Source: Octopus sinensis
Lineage: Eukaryota
Direction: 5' to 3'
NCBI RefSeq assembly: GCF_006345805.1
Contig: NC_042997.1
Span: 56,296,001-56,360,000 of the forward strand
DNA length: 64,000 nucleotides
The stretch's first letter is position 1. Every line of letters starts with the position of its first letter. The translations under genes were made by a program, and so were the position numbers. Of this stretch, positions 12,607 through 25,469 are shown piece after piece. The notes beneath the pieces were generated by a model. It had not been told where the DNA came from. It saw only the letters and a list, made by a program, of their open reading frames with translations, and ran no database searches.

Positions 12607-14599
12607 TATATATATATATATAAAGATGAGAATGTGTGTCTGTTTGTGTGAATCCCTAAAACTCGAGAACTACACAACTGATTTCATTCAAATTTTACAC
12701 AGGACTGGCCGCACTGTGCATTGGCCAAAAAACCCCACTAAAACTATTTATATCTGACAATCTCTTTTGTGTTTCATGTGACAGACAATTGCTTTCTTGT
12801 GTTGCTGAACAGTTCCAATACTCTACCGTTAAACATTTTGTCAAATTTTGTGCATGCCAATTTATATTTCTTGCAATTATTTTTCTATTTGACTTGTCAC
12901 ATTTTTGTACCTTATCTTGTTGGTTGCGATCAGTTACCATCTTTGTTCTTTCTTGTGCCTGCTCCAGTTATTCTGTTTTCACACTGCTGCACTCAGGGGG
13001 AGTCCTTGTAGCGGCACAAGCAGTCAGTGCCATATTGGATGAGATCTCGTGGCAGCCATTGCCATCTCTGAGACTGGAGCGAGACCTCACCTGCATCCAT
13101 TTGCCATGCGCAAGATTACAACAAGGCTCGCTATGGCAAACTGTATATAAGGGCAAAGCAGAAACATATTCTCTCTCTCCGCGCCTTCACAGCAGCACTT
13201 GCTGAGGCCACTTCACTGGCTGGGCCTGTCAGCATGTTGTACCTCCAGAGGCAATGTGCCCGCACTAACAGAGATACAACACAATGCACACAGCTTGAGA
13301 TGGTTGCTGAGAGCAACACACTTCACCTATTCTGTGAAACTTGTAAATAAACTGGTTGTAAATTGCATTTGTACTTAAAAACTTCTTTCTTCGCCTGCTG
13401 GAGCCTGAACTACATGAAGAACAAGATATAATGGGAGAAGGCGATATTCTCTCGATATTGTAAACTTTGCCTTCCATTATATAGCTTATTAACAACAATA
13501 GAGAAGATTTGTAGAAAATGTATAATAATTCAAAATATATTTGACTAAAAATTATATATTTGCTTATTTAGCTAGTATCAATAAAAGACTGATACCTGGT
13601 ATTAGCTAAAAGAATATTTAAGTTATAGGACATTCTAATTTTACACTAATATTTTTTAATTAATTTTTTAAAATTAAAGTTAAGGGTTATATTATAGGTT
13701 TAAGAAGTTATTATTATTACTCCAATCATGACATTTATAGTTTCTTAGGGGTACTTAATTAGAAGGGTTATTTATATAAATACTAAGATCAAGAGAGAAA
13801 AGATAGAAGAGGAGACAGATAAGAATATGTCTGGTCTGTAAGACAGACTGAAAGAAAAGAGAGGAAAAGAAAGATGGACAATGGTCACATGTGAGCAATG
13901 AGAGAGAGAGTAAAGGAGAAAGAGACACAAATATAAAACAGAGAAGGGGAGGAAAAAGCATTAGAGAAAAGATAAGAGAGAAAAAGCGAAAGGGGAAGAA
14001 GGGGAGAAACAAGAATCAGAGAAAGGAAGAGAGAGAAACCGAAAGTGGGAGAGAGAGAGAGCAGTACAGGGTAGATCAATCTGCACCAAATTTGGCATGA
14101 AGGTTTTTCATTAGTCAGGAAAGGTTCGAGGGGGGGGGGTCAAATTTAGGCCTTTACCCATATATGGGGCCATAGCCCCCCCCTCCCGTACAACCCTTCC
14201 AATTTTTTTTTAAAGTATAATATTGTTTCACTTTTGATAAGACTATGATATTGTTTATACTACATACATACAACTGCTTACATCTCTATTTTTGTAAGCA
14301 GCTAAACACACAGGTTGTAAGTGGGAAAGTAAGCTGGCTAAAAATTCATTAAAAAATTCATTTAGTTTTGGATTGATCAATTTACCAACTAAACTAATCC
14401 AGAAATTGATCAATCCAAAACTAACTAATATTTGTAAACAAATAGCCTAGGTAAGCTCATTCTAGCCTGGGTAAGCTCGTTGTTTAGATAATGTCACTTT
14501 AATCGGAGTATATATATATTATTATCATATAGTTATTATTATATAATAAAGACTCTCGTAGTTACTCTTTCAAGCCTCCACATTTGTTTACAAATATTG

Positions 14600-15293
14600 T
14601 AATGTCAGTGTGCACACATGACAGAGTGTAAGTGCCCTGAGAGAAATGTTGGCCATAAGAAGCATCAGATGTGGCATGCAGGAGAGACGTTTGCACTGGT
14701 ATGGTCATGTACTACAGATGGATGAGGAGAGATGTGTGAAGAAGTGCCTCTCCCAAACAGTTGAAGGAATCCAGGGTAGAGGTAGACCCAGGAAGAAATG
14801 GGATGAGGTGGTCAAGCATAACTTTCGAACGTTGGGCCTCAAAGAGGCAATAACAAAAGACCGAGACCTGTGGAGATATGCTGTGACTGCGAAAACCCAA
14901 CGAATGAAGTGAGTTCATGGCTCGCAGGACAGCCTGCTGTGCTTACCTTGGATTGTAGTGCGACCTGCTGTGCTTGAGGAGACCTATTGAGTTAAGTACA
15001 TCAACATCAAAATCAAAATCAAATGGAAATTGTAGTTGTAATACCCGTACTGGTGGCACGGAAAAAGCACCAACCAATCGTGGCTGTTGCCAGCCTTCTC
15101 TTGCCCCTGTGCTGGTGGCACATAAAAAGCACCCACTACACTCACAGAGTGGTTGGTATTAGGAAGGGCATCCATCTGTAGAAACACTGCCAGATCAGAC
15201 TGGAGCCTGGTGCAGCCTCCTGGCATCCCAGATCCCAGTCGAACTGTCCAACCCATGCTAGCACGAAAAATGGACATTAAATGATGATGATGA
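14600..15293 (+). mobile_element. 5'-truncated RTE LINE
   Basis: ORF 14646-14912 (RLHWYGHVLQMDEERCVKKC...GRGRPRKKWDEVVKH...DRDLWRYAV), then the 3' UTR and (GAT)n. A further fragment follows at 15312-15700. Confidence 0.8.
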
Positions 15294-15759
15294 TATATAT
15301 ATATATATCATATGTGGAAGAAGTAGACCCAGGAAAACCTGGGATGAGGTGGTGAAGCATGACCTTCGAATATTGGGCCTTACCAAGGCAATGACTAGTG
15401 ACCAAGACCTTTGGAGATATGCTGTGCTTGAGAAGACCCGACAAGCCAAGTGAGACCATGGCCCGTGGTCTATGCCAGTGGGTGTAACCTGCCCACTCAT
15501 GAATATCCCTCATTCATTGGACAATAAACTTTGCTTGTGAAGACCTATTGAGGCAAATGAAATCAAAATCAAAATCAAAATCACTGACAGTATCACCTGA
15601 TTGGCACTCGTGCCAATGGAATATTAAAAGCACACCTGAACATGGGGTGTAACTGGCCCACTTCTGAGTACCCCTCATTCATTGGACAATGAACTTTGCT
15701 TGCGAAGACCTATTCAGGCAAGTGAAAACAAATTAAAATCGCTGATATGGCTGATGATA

Positions 15760-16778
15760 CCATCTTTGGCAGTAATTACAGCTTGAATTCTTTGAGGTAT
15801 GGACTCCTACAAAGTTTGAATTGTTTCCAAAGGAATTTTTGTCCATTCTTCAACTAAAACAGTCTCCAGTTCTTGTAGTGATGAATGTGGAAGGTATCGA
15901 CTCCTTACTTGTTTTTCTAAAATACACCATAAATGCTCAATAATGTTGAGATCCGGGGACTATGGTAGTCAGATAAGATGTTCAACTTCACTAGAATGTT
16001 CCTTGTGCAATTCAGTAACAACTTTAGCTGCGTGAATTGATGCATTATCAACCTGAAAGAGTGTGTTTCCCTCTGGAAACAGTTCCGCAACCATAGGATG
16101 AATTTGATCTGATAAAATGCTTAAATAGTCTTGACTATTAATTCTGCCATGAAGGGAAACCATTGGGCCAGCAGTTTTCCAAGATATAGTCGCCTAGATC
16201 ATCACAGATCCTCCTCCATGTTTAACAGTTGGAAGAAGGCCGTTTAGGTCAAATGCTTCTTTTGGCTGTCTCTACATGTATACTTGGTCAGTGGTCAGAA
16301 ATGAGGTAAAGGATGACTCGTCCAAGAAAATAACATTCTTCCACTGCTCTAAGGACCAATTTTGTAGGTTTTTACTCCACTCTAAACGCTTTGCAATTTT
16401 TGTTTTTGAAAATAGTGGTTTTCTGATTGCAGCCCCACCATGAAATCCGGCTTTGTGCAGCTCCCAGATAACAGTTTTTGTGGAAACTGGGTTCTTGAGG
16501 TGGTCATTAAGTTTTGAAGTAATTTTGGGAGCTGTACTTTTGTGATCCTTTCTAAAAATTCGTGTAAGAGTCCGACGGTCCCTATCTGAAAGTTTTGGTT
16601 TTCTTCTGGGGTATGTACGTACATATGTATGTAGGACTTTCAAAGAGGCCAAATTGTTGGTCCTTGTATTACAGGAGCTAGTGTAACGTAAACAGCTGAA
16701 ATGTTTGGTGTATCAAGAAGTACTGTCTTGAAAGTAATGACAGCTTTTGAAAAAGAGGGAAAAACCTCCTCATCGAAA
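15760..16778 (-). pseudogene. Tc1-family (DD34E) transposase pseudogene with inverted N-terminus
   Basis: Minus strand: RKPKLSDRDRR..AIRKPL..WKNVIFLDESSF / FQVDNASIH / SPDLNIIEHLW..EEWTKIP. The N-terminal DFQRGQIVG..AEMFGVSRSTV..FEKEGKTSS lies on the plus strand at 16635-16778. Confidence 0.85.
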
Positions 16779-18099
16779 GTATGTATATATGTATGTATGT
16801 ATGTATATTAAGTATATGATTTAAGTAATAGAATGAAGTTTGACAAATTCAATCATATTTTTCATAAATGGAGGAGATTAGATGTTGACATGGAATAAAA
16901 TATTTCTTCAATTCATTAGATGATTGTTTCATACAGAAAGACAATAAATTCATTTTAAGAATCACAGTTGTCAAAGAGCACAATAAGAAAAAAATAAGAC
17001 CTTAATAAAGATAAAGGTGGACTTCAGAATTATACAGGTATTGTATTGTTACTAATTTTTAATATGTAGTTGTTCTAGGAGTCATATCTATTTAAAACAT
17101 GAGAATCTAGTCAATATATATATATATATATATATATATGTGTATATATGTATTTAAAACATGCGAACGAAGTCAATGTATATATATATATATCATCATC
17201 ATCATCATCATCATTTAGCATCTGCTTTCCATGCTAGCATGGGTTGGACGGTTCAACTGGGGTCTGGGAATATATATATATATATACAACAGCTTCTTTT
17301 AGTCTACATCTACCAAATCTATTCACAAGATTTTGATTGCCCAGTGGCAAAAGTAGAAAACACTTGCCCAGGGTGCCACGCAGTGGGACTGAACATGGAA
17401 CCATGGGAAGCAAACTTCTTACCACACAGACATGCCTGTGCTTACATACATATGTATGTATGGTGTAAGCTTAAATTAACAAGAAAGAATAAATCTAGTC
17501 TAAGCAGGAGTCTCTAAATAACTCTTAAATCACATCTTAATGTCTTTAAAAAGAACTCATTCTGATAATGTAGTCCTTTATACCTTGCACTTACGATAAA
17601 ATAAAACAACCATGACTAGAATATAATTGTTCATAGATCCTAGCATGGAGTGGGGGACAAAACAACAAGGAAGGAAAGTTGTCTTTCTATCCTGTCTAGT
17701 TAGACCTTTGTTTCTCAAGCCAATCCTAACTTCTTGACACTAATCATTATGTTGGCAATAAAGTATTAAATCTGGCTGACACAATATGTGTGTGTGTGTG
17801 TGTGTGTCTATGTATGTGGATGAATGCCTTTGTGTTTATATACATGTATGTTTGTGTAAATTTCAATATTTTTTGTACATATCTTTTATCCTTCACTTGT
17901 TCCAGTCATTAGACTGCAGTTATGCTGAGGCACTGCCCTGAGGAATTTTAATCAAATGCATCGACCTCTTTATTCTTTAAGTCTGGTACTTATTCTATTG
18001 ACCTCTTTTGCTAAAACACTAGGTTACAAGGACATAAAGACACCAACACCAGTTGTCAAGCAATGGTGGAGGACAAACACATATACAAAGACAAACAAG

Positions 18100-19290
18100 T
18101 GTCTAATTCTGATTCAGCAATTTGATGCCTCTATAATTACTTCTACCTAAGGCATCTCCCTTACCCTTGTAGCAGCTAACTATAATGCTGCTACACCAGT
18201 CACTGAGAATTACATATTTCTGAATAACCTGATTAACTATACAGGTGACTGGACCATATCCTACTCTACCAAATATTTTAAGCATCTCAACAATGACTAC
18301 TGATGGACTAGGAGCTTTTCCTGTCTTCATATCTTTAATTGCATTATCTATCATACTGCTATCAACTGGGACAGCTGGTCCCTCTGTTGGGGTCACTCCT
18401 AATCATTCTCCATATTTAATAGCCTTTCATAGTAGCTATTCCATGCCCGCCTTTTCAGAGTCACTAAGTGCAAGCATACCATTATCCACCTGTATTGACT
18501 TCTCTCCCACAGCATCTCAATTCTCTCTGACACACTGTCTAGCACCTCAAGTCTCTGATCTTCATGCTGTAAAACATTGGCAAACCTCTTCCTTTCTGTT
18601 TCTGCCCTAGCTAGATAAACCTAACACCTAGCTTCTCTTTTAGCTATCTGATATGGTTCTTTGCTACCCCAACTTTTCCACTCTTTCCAAACCCATCTCT
18701 TCTTTTTATGGCCCTGTTGACCTCACTATTCCACCATGATGTCACCCTTGATTTGGCAGAAGCTTTACTCCAACCACAGTTTTGGTCTGTTGCCCTCAGT
18801 AGATTGTCTCATTAGAACTTCCAGTTGTCATATGTCATATGTCTCTGTCTCTTCCTCCTTTGCATTAAAGGCTTCATTCAGAACATCTCTAATCATCTTG
18901 TTTGAAGGATCCCTGAGCTTCCATCTCTTCCTTTTCCATATTAGTTTGTGTCTCTGGAGCTTTCTAACTCTAAGTCTGCCGTCACCACTAATCTATGTTG
19001 TGTTGTTCATTCTTCACTTAAGAAGGATTTTACATTCTTGAATATCCACCTGTCCTTGTTTCAGGTGAAAATGTAGTCAATAGTGGATAATGGCATGACC
19101 ACTAGATTGATAAGTAATCAGATGGCTGGCAGATTACCTCAAGTTAGTGCTGCAAATAAGGAATTGTGTCACAAAACTCCAGCTGCCTTGTTCTCTCCTT
19201 GTTTCTAGAACTGACGCCATAATCTCCATGCACACCATGAAATCTAGTGATGTGTTTTCCATCAGGACCATTGAAGTCCTCTGCAACATT
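18100..19290 (-). pseudogene. Degraded RTE LINE ORF (endonuclease-RT linker and RT start)
   Basis: SWWNSEVNRAI..; AIKDMKTGKAPSPS..EMLK..DWCSSIIVSCYKGKGDAL.RSNYRGIKLL. Confidence 0.8.
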
Positions 19291-20959
19291 TATGTGCAGG
19301 TGTGGCTGTGTGGTAAGAAGCTTGCTTTGCAACCATGTGCTTTCGCATTCAGTTCAACTTGGGCAAGTGTCTTATACTATTGCTTTGGGCTAATCAATGC
19401 CTTGTGAGTGAATTTTGTAGATGGAAACTGTAGAAATCTGTTGTATATGTGTTTCTATCTGTGTGTGTGTGTGTGTATGTGTGTGTGTGTGCGTGTGTGT
19501 GTGTGTACATTTGTGTCTGTGTTTTTCCTGCAACTGATTGATGACCAATGATGGTTTGTTTATGTCCCCCTAACATAGCAGATCAGCAAAAGAGTCTAGT
19601 ATCATGCTCCAACATCTATTTTTGCATGGTTTTTACAGTTGAATATCCTTCCTAACGTCACACACATTACAGTGTGTACTGGGTGCTTTATTCACAGCAC
19701 CAGTACTAGTTACCAAGTAACTCACAAGACTAAAGAACCCTATCGACTAGGTGAGAGTATAGTAGACAGTAGGTGCTAAGTGTCGAGAGGTTAAATTATA
19801 AGAGAGGTTTCTTGTTAAAGAGGAGATACATAGCAACCTTATATTGTATAAGAGTGTGTAGGAGTAATTTGGTGGAGCTAGAAAGAAAGATAAAGATTGT
19901 GGCAACAAGATGTCAGAGTGTACCACTGAGGCACACATAGATGTATAGAAGAGAGAGTAAGGAGAAAAGATTGAGAAGAGAGGTTAGGTAGAATTTACAA
20001 GAGAGTATGGGAAGAAGACCCCATACTTTGCAACAGAAATGTTAAGACCGATCCTTCTGGTGGTGTAAAGCACTCATGGTAGTGCCACATAAAAGTACCT
20101 GTGTAACAACATGTAAAAGTGTTCATGTGGCATCACGTAAAACTGCCCATGTGAAACCACATAAAAGTGCCTATGCAGTGTCACATATAAGAACCCAGCT
20201 TACTCTGTAAAGCGGTTGGCATTAGGAAGGGCATCCAACCATAGAAACCATGCCTAAGCAAATTGGAGTCAGGTGCGGCTCCCCAGCTTGTCAGCTCGGG
20301 GTCACGATGACGATGACAACAATGATATGGGATGTGTGAAGGAGGGTTAGAGATAGAGTAAAGTTGGAGTGAATGTAGTGAATAGTAAATAAGGGTAGAT
20401 GGCTGGTGAGTGATAAATACTAGGTAGAAGGAAGGTTGGGAGGATGTGATGAGTGGAAGTACAGAAAGCATGAAGAACAACAGAATAAAAATAATACAGT
20501 AGATAGGAGAAGAATGAGAGGAAAGATGATGGGTGGATGGATAGTTAGAGTGCAAATGTGTGTAGTTAGAAACAAGCTGATAAGGGTGGAAGTAGTCAGT
20601 GGTACATAGGGGTCAGTCAACAGGAAGTGGCTCAAGGGAGTGGATGAGGTAACTAGTAGCATAGAAAAGGTGATGGAGAGAAGTATGTGGGTGGAGTGGG
20701 ATAGTGTTAAAAGTGAAGGTGAAGGAAGGATGTTAAAGGAAGTGGTTATGCGTAGGTAAAGAGATAATTGGTAGGACAGAAAAGGATGTTGAAATACATA
20801 GTTAAGCGCTCACTTAATTACACCAACAGAACACTATAGTAGTTACAAGAGTGGTAGGAAGACCAGTGATATGGGTAGGCAAGTTTAGTGCACTTAAAAA
20901 AACAAAATTTAAACTCAGTTGAAGACATGATTAAAAGCAATCCTATAAAATAAGCCACT

Positions 20960-21374
20960 TGTAACGAAGATCTGTTATCGATTCACTGAAAGGGTGTCGA
21001 TATCCGATCTAGTCACATACAATTTTATAAGACAATACAGACGAAGTCAGGTTGTAGGTAAAAGACAGCAGTTCGTTTATTTATTGCGATGGCGTACATG
21101 TCTGATGGGAGAAGGACAGCCTCTGATGTACAGCTTCTTGTTAGTTTGTTGAAGTTTGTTGATGGTCGTTGGCGGCTATGTCGGTGAGGTTGTCAGAGCC
21201 TGTTGAATGTACGTCCGTTCGCTGTGGGCTGACTTGCCGGAGAGAAAGATTTGAGTTTGGCGGGCCTGAGGGAACGTTTCCCGCACATGCGCATGGGGAA
21301 GACTTCCGGTGGCCACCCGGAAGTAGTCCCATTCTGCGCATGCACGCTGAACCCTACACAGTAGCATCACTACA
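20960..21374 (-). repeat. 3' LTR
   Basis: 415 bp with 6 substitutions relative to 25854-26268. AATAAA on the minus strand at 21076-21085. Confidence 0.95.
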
Positions 21375-21377
21375 AGG

Positions 21378-21386
21378 CTCCCCTTC
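21378..21386 (-). promoter_or_regulatory. Polypurine tract
   Basis: GAAGGGGAG lies 3 nt upstream of the 3' LTR on the element strand. Confidence 0.7.
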
Positions 21387-21505
21387 GAGTGCGAAAGTAC
21401 GACAACAAGAAAATTTGTGGTGGTGCTGCAGAAAACAGAAGGCTTGCCGATCCCCCAGAAGACTTGATACATAATATCATACAACAAGAAAAATTTGAAA
21501 GAAGG

Positions 21506-24500
21506 TTAAATGTAGATTGTCTTTGAAAGTTTCTTGGGCCAATGCACTGTTCTGCCCGATTTTGTAACATACAGTGTGCTCGGGGCACCCGTTGATGGCG
21601 AGAGTGGTGTTGTAGGAGCCGGTGAAGGCAAAGGCGTCTGTGCAGGTGAAGGTGTTTGTGCAGGTGAAGGTGTTTGTGCAGGTGAAGGTGTTGTTAAAGG
21701 TGCATAGGTGGGTGTGTCAAGGTTGTCATCAAAAGATGAAGACGTCTCAAAATGTGCTTTTTTTAAACGGTCCACGGAAACGGTCTCCGAACGACCATTT
21801 ATCTCAATTGTGAAAACCTTTGGTGTGCGAGAAAGCACACGGAAAGGTCATTTATAGGGAGAAACAAGTGGGCCCTTCACAGAGTCGTCCTGAACAAAAA
21901 CATGCGACCAGGTGTTCATATCCGGTGGAAGATGGGATGGTGGAGATTGCTTTCTGGGAACCATGGGTGGAAGGTTCGAAAAATATGCACGCAGTCTGGT
22001 GACATAGGTCGCCGGATCATGGGGCTGGGAAGTGTCTGGCACCAACATCGTACCAGGCAATGCCAGTGTGGTACCATACACCAGCTCTGCAGCAGAAAAC
22101 CCCAGGTCTGCCTTGACAGCAGTCCGACAGCCGAGAAGTACAATGGGCAAAAATTCAATCCAGGACTGTGGATCTGAAGAGGCACGAAGAGCGGCCTTGA
22201 GCTGTCTATGGAACCGCTCAACTAATCCATTAGATGCTGGATGGTAGCTTGTAGTGTGGATATGGTGCATACCCAAAATTCGCGACATTTCGCGAAATAG
22301 TGAGGCCTCAAATTGACGTCCACGATCAGTTGTCAATCGGGACGGACTCCGAAGCGAGAAATCCAGTTTGAAACGAAAGCTCGCGCAACAGTCTCAGCAG
22401 AAATGTCTGCTATCGGAATGGCTTCTGGCCAGCGGGAGAAGCGATCGACACAAGTTAACAGATAAGAGAACCCGCGACTCACAGGCCATGGTCCAACCAG
22501 ATCGATGTGGACATGGCGAAAACGGGCCTCCGTGGGGGGAAATTGTCCAAGCGGGGCACGAACGTGCCGTTGAATCTTGGACCGTTGACACTTGGAGCAG
22601 GTGCGTGTCCAAGAAGTAATAGTGCGACGCATATTCGGCCAGAAAAACCGAGCAGTGATTAGTTTAAGGGTGGCAGTGATGCCAGGATGTGATAAGGAGT
22701 GCAGTGCTTCAAACACTGAGCGTTGATGGTTCTCAGGCACCAGTGGCCTGGGAGAACCAGTGGAAGTATCACAAAGAATGGTGCCTTCGGCTGACGGAAG
22801 CGGAAGGTAGGAAAACTGGCAACAGGAGAACTTGGGAGAAGTTAAGTCTAACGATGCCAAAGGTGGCTGCTCCTGCGAGATGGCAGCTAAGTCAATAGCA
22901 GCAGGAGATGAAAGGGCGCAAACTGGAAGGCGAGAGAGAGCGTCAGCAGGGGCGTTCTCTTTTCCAGGTATGTGTTGAATGTTGCTAGTGAATTGAGAGA
23001 TAAAATTCAGGTGCCAAAAAGCACGGGGTGAGAGTTTGTCCGTTTTTTAACACAGGGCAAACGTAAGGGGCTTGTGATCCGTATAGATCACAAAATCTCG
23101 CCCTTCTAGTTGATGCTGGAAATGACGAACCGATAGATAGATCGCTAGGAGCTCACGATCAAAGGTGCTGTATCGTCGTTCAGCTGGTTGCAGTTGATGG
23201 GAAAAGAAAGCTAGAGGTCGAATATGATCATCCACTGTGTGTTGTAACACAGCGCCAATCGCAGTGTCCGATGCGTCTACAGTCAAAGAGAGAGAAGCAC
23301 CAGGAACTGGATGTGCAAGCAAAGAAACAGAAGCCAGCTCCTTCTTAATGGACTCAAAGGCTGTCACTGCCTCAACAGAGAGGGTGACTTGACTGTCCTT
23401 TCTAGGAGTGTCCTTTAATAGCCTGGTGAGAGGTAGTAGCTTCTCTGCACAACCGGGAATAAAACGTCTGTAGAAATTGATCATCCCTAGATAATGCCTG
23501 AGCTGGCGCAAGGAAGTGGGGGGTGCGATGCGTTGAATGGCATCGACTTTTGACGAGAGAGGGCTGATTCCACTCGAATCAATATGATGGCCTAGAAAAC
23601 CTAGGGAAGAGCGTCCGAAAACACACTTGTCGGGATTTATACGTATACTATAAGCGCGAAGACGCTGAAAAAGCTGAGAAAGGTGCTGGAGATGATTTTC
23701 ACGTGTGTCGCTCGCAATGAGTATATCATCGACATAGGCAAACACAAAATCAAGACCGCGGACAACCTCATCAATGAAACGCTGGAAAGTGCTAGTAGCA
23801 TTCCGCAAACCGAAACTCATATATAAAAACTCAAAACACCCAAAGGGGGTAGTGATCGCAGTTTTCGGAACATCGGCTGGGTTGACCGGTATTTGGTGGT
23901 ACGCGCGTATAAGGTCGACCTTCGAAAAAATGGTACAACCATGGAGATTTGCCGTAAAGTCCTGGAGATTTCTAATCGGATAGCGGTCGGCTATTGTGAC
24001 GGCATTGAGGCGTCGATAGTCTCCAACCGGGCGAAAATCAGACTCGCCCTTCTGCGCCAAATGAAGGGGAGATGCCCATGGGCTGGTGGAGGGGCGTATA
24101 AGGCCAAGTTGAAGCATGTGCTCAAACTCGGCCCTGGCCGTTTTTAGTCGCTCTGGCGCAAGGCGCCATGGGCGTGAAAATACAGGCGGCCCAGTGGTGG
24201 TGATGAAATGGAGGGTCGAGTGGGTAGGCTTTTCCGGTTTAAAGGCAATGTCCACTAGCTCCGGAAATGAAACCAAAAGAGAGTGAAAAGGGTCTCCAGA
24301 GGTGGCAACAAAGAATGTCGGGCTAAGGACCGCAGTGGTGGAACTCCCAGTCGGTGTAGAGAGCGACGTTGTGCTATCAAGAAGCCTCTGATGCCTGACA
24401 TCCACCAATAGATTAAACCTATCCAGGAAATCAGCGCCGAGAATAGGATGCGGGATGTCAGCGATGACGAAAACCCATTGAAAGTCTTGACGAAGGTTGA

Positions 24501-24741
24501 GGTCGAGGCGCAGCGAAATCTGACCGTAAGTGGTTATGGGAGACGAGTCAATAGCATGCAAGACAATTGAAGAGCGCTTGGACTTGTCTGCAGCCAGACG
24601 AAGGGGCCAGATGCTGCAACAGGAGCCGGTGTCCACCATGAAGAATTTCTTCGACACCAGATCTTTTACAAAGAATGCACGATGTTTGGGAAACGAGATG
24701 GAAGAAGGTGATGTGCTCACCTCCTCCGGATTTAGTTTTCC
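21506..24741 (-). pseudogene. pol (protease, RT, RNase H, integrase) with three disablements
   Basis: PR VDTGS; RT YVDD; RH DASD..ELLA..TDHKPL; IN HSLSH..CSKC, HIDLVG/TTDRG/GLVERFH, PYK(G)PF. Lesions: in-frame TAA at 23047-23049, a 1-bp deletion near 22344 (FGVP frame), and in-frame TGA at 21848-21850. Confidence 0.92.
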
Positions 24742-25469
24742 GAGGGCTTGAAAGTGCACGGCTGGGTACACCGATCTGCCTTTTCGGCATACTTCGAATG
24801 GTACCAGCACCAGCCGGAACGAGAAACAGACTCACTCTGACTACGGGAAATAGAGCTACTACGACTGCGAGATTGGCGCCCGATCGCACGGCACAGATCA
24901 TCGATTCTCCGCGTAAGCGCATCGATGTTCTCGGCTAGTTTATCGTTCGTCGGAGGTGTCGGAGGGGGCTCTGTACAGGCGTACAGGCCCTGCGAGGGAG
25001 ATGGGCGCCAAAACTCCAACACTTTGTCGGCCATCGTGGCAATCTGGTCCACAGACACAGAATCCAGTGCTGTGGCCAACATTGTCTGCACATGGGCAGG
25101 CAGCCTGGAAAAAAAAATTTTTCGTAAGAGCGGCGCGTCCGCTGCGTTGCCACTTAGCTCCCTTAGATGGCGCAGGAACTGGGATGGAGTTCTGTCCCCC
25201 AACTGCTCGTCGGCCATCAGCTCATTGAACTGACTTTCCTCCGAGTGCGTATTGCGGCGGAGGATTTCTGCCTTTACTGACGCATATGTGGCGTCAGGGT
25301 GGGGACTTACAATGAGATCCCTGACCGATGTGGCGAGCCGGGAGGGCAAACTTGAGTACAGCAGATGTAACTGCTGTTGTGGAGGAATGGTATGCGCGGC
25401 AAAGTGAGATTCCACCTGGGCAAACCACAGCCCCGCATCCCCCGTGAATGAAGGCAAACCTGAAGCCAT
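24732..25469 (-). CDS. gag (intact, about 245 aa; an alternative ATG at 25535)
   Basis: MASGLPSFTGDAGLWFAQVESHF...LGDRTPSQFLRHLRELSG...CWYHSKYAEKADRCTQPC (CHCC knuckle), with no internal stops. Confidence 0.88.
   Translation of the reverse strand: MASGLPSFTGDAGLWFAQVESHFAAHTIPPQQQLHLLYSSLPSRLATSVRDLIVSPHPDATYASVKAEILRRNTHSEESQFNELMADEQLGDRTPSQFLRHLRELSGNAADAPLLRKIFFSRLPAHVQTMLATALDSVSVDQIATMADKVLEFWRPSPSQGLYACTEPPPTPPTNDKLAENIDALTRRIDDLCRAIGRQSRSRSSSISRSQSESVSRSGWCWYHSKYAEKADRCTQPCTFKPSEN

Noticed and set aside
12950-13270. GC-rich island with overlapping ORFs
   Set aside because: No recognisable domain or convincing splice pair in any frame; probably an unclassified repeat.
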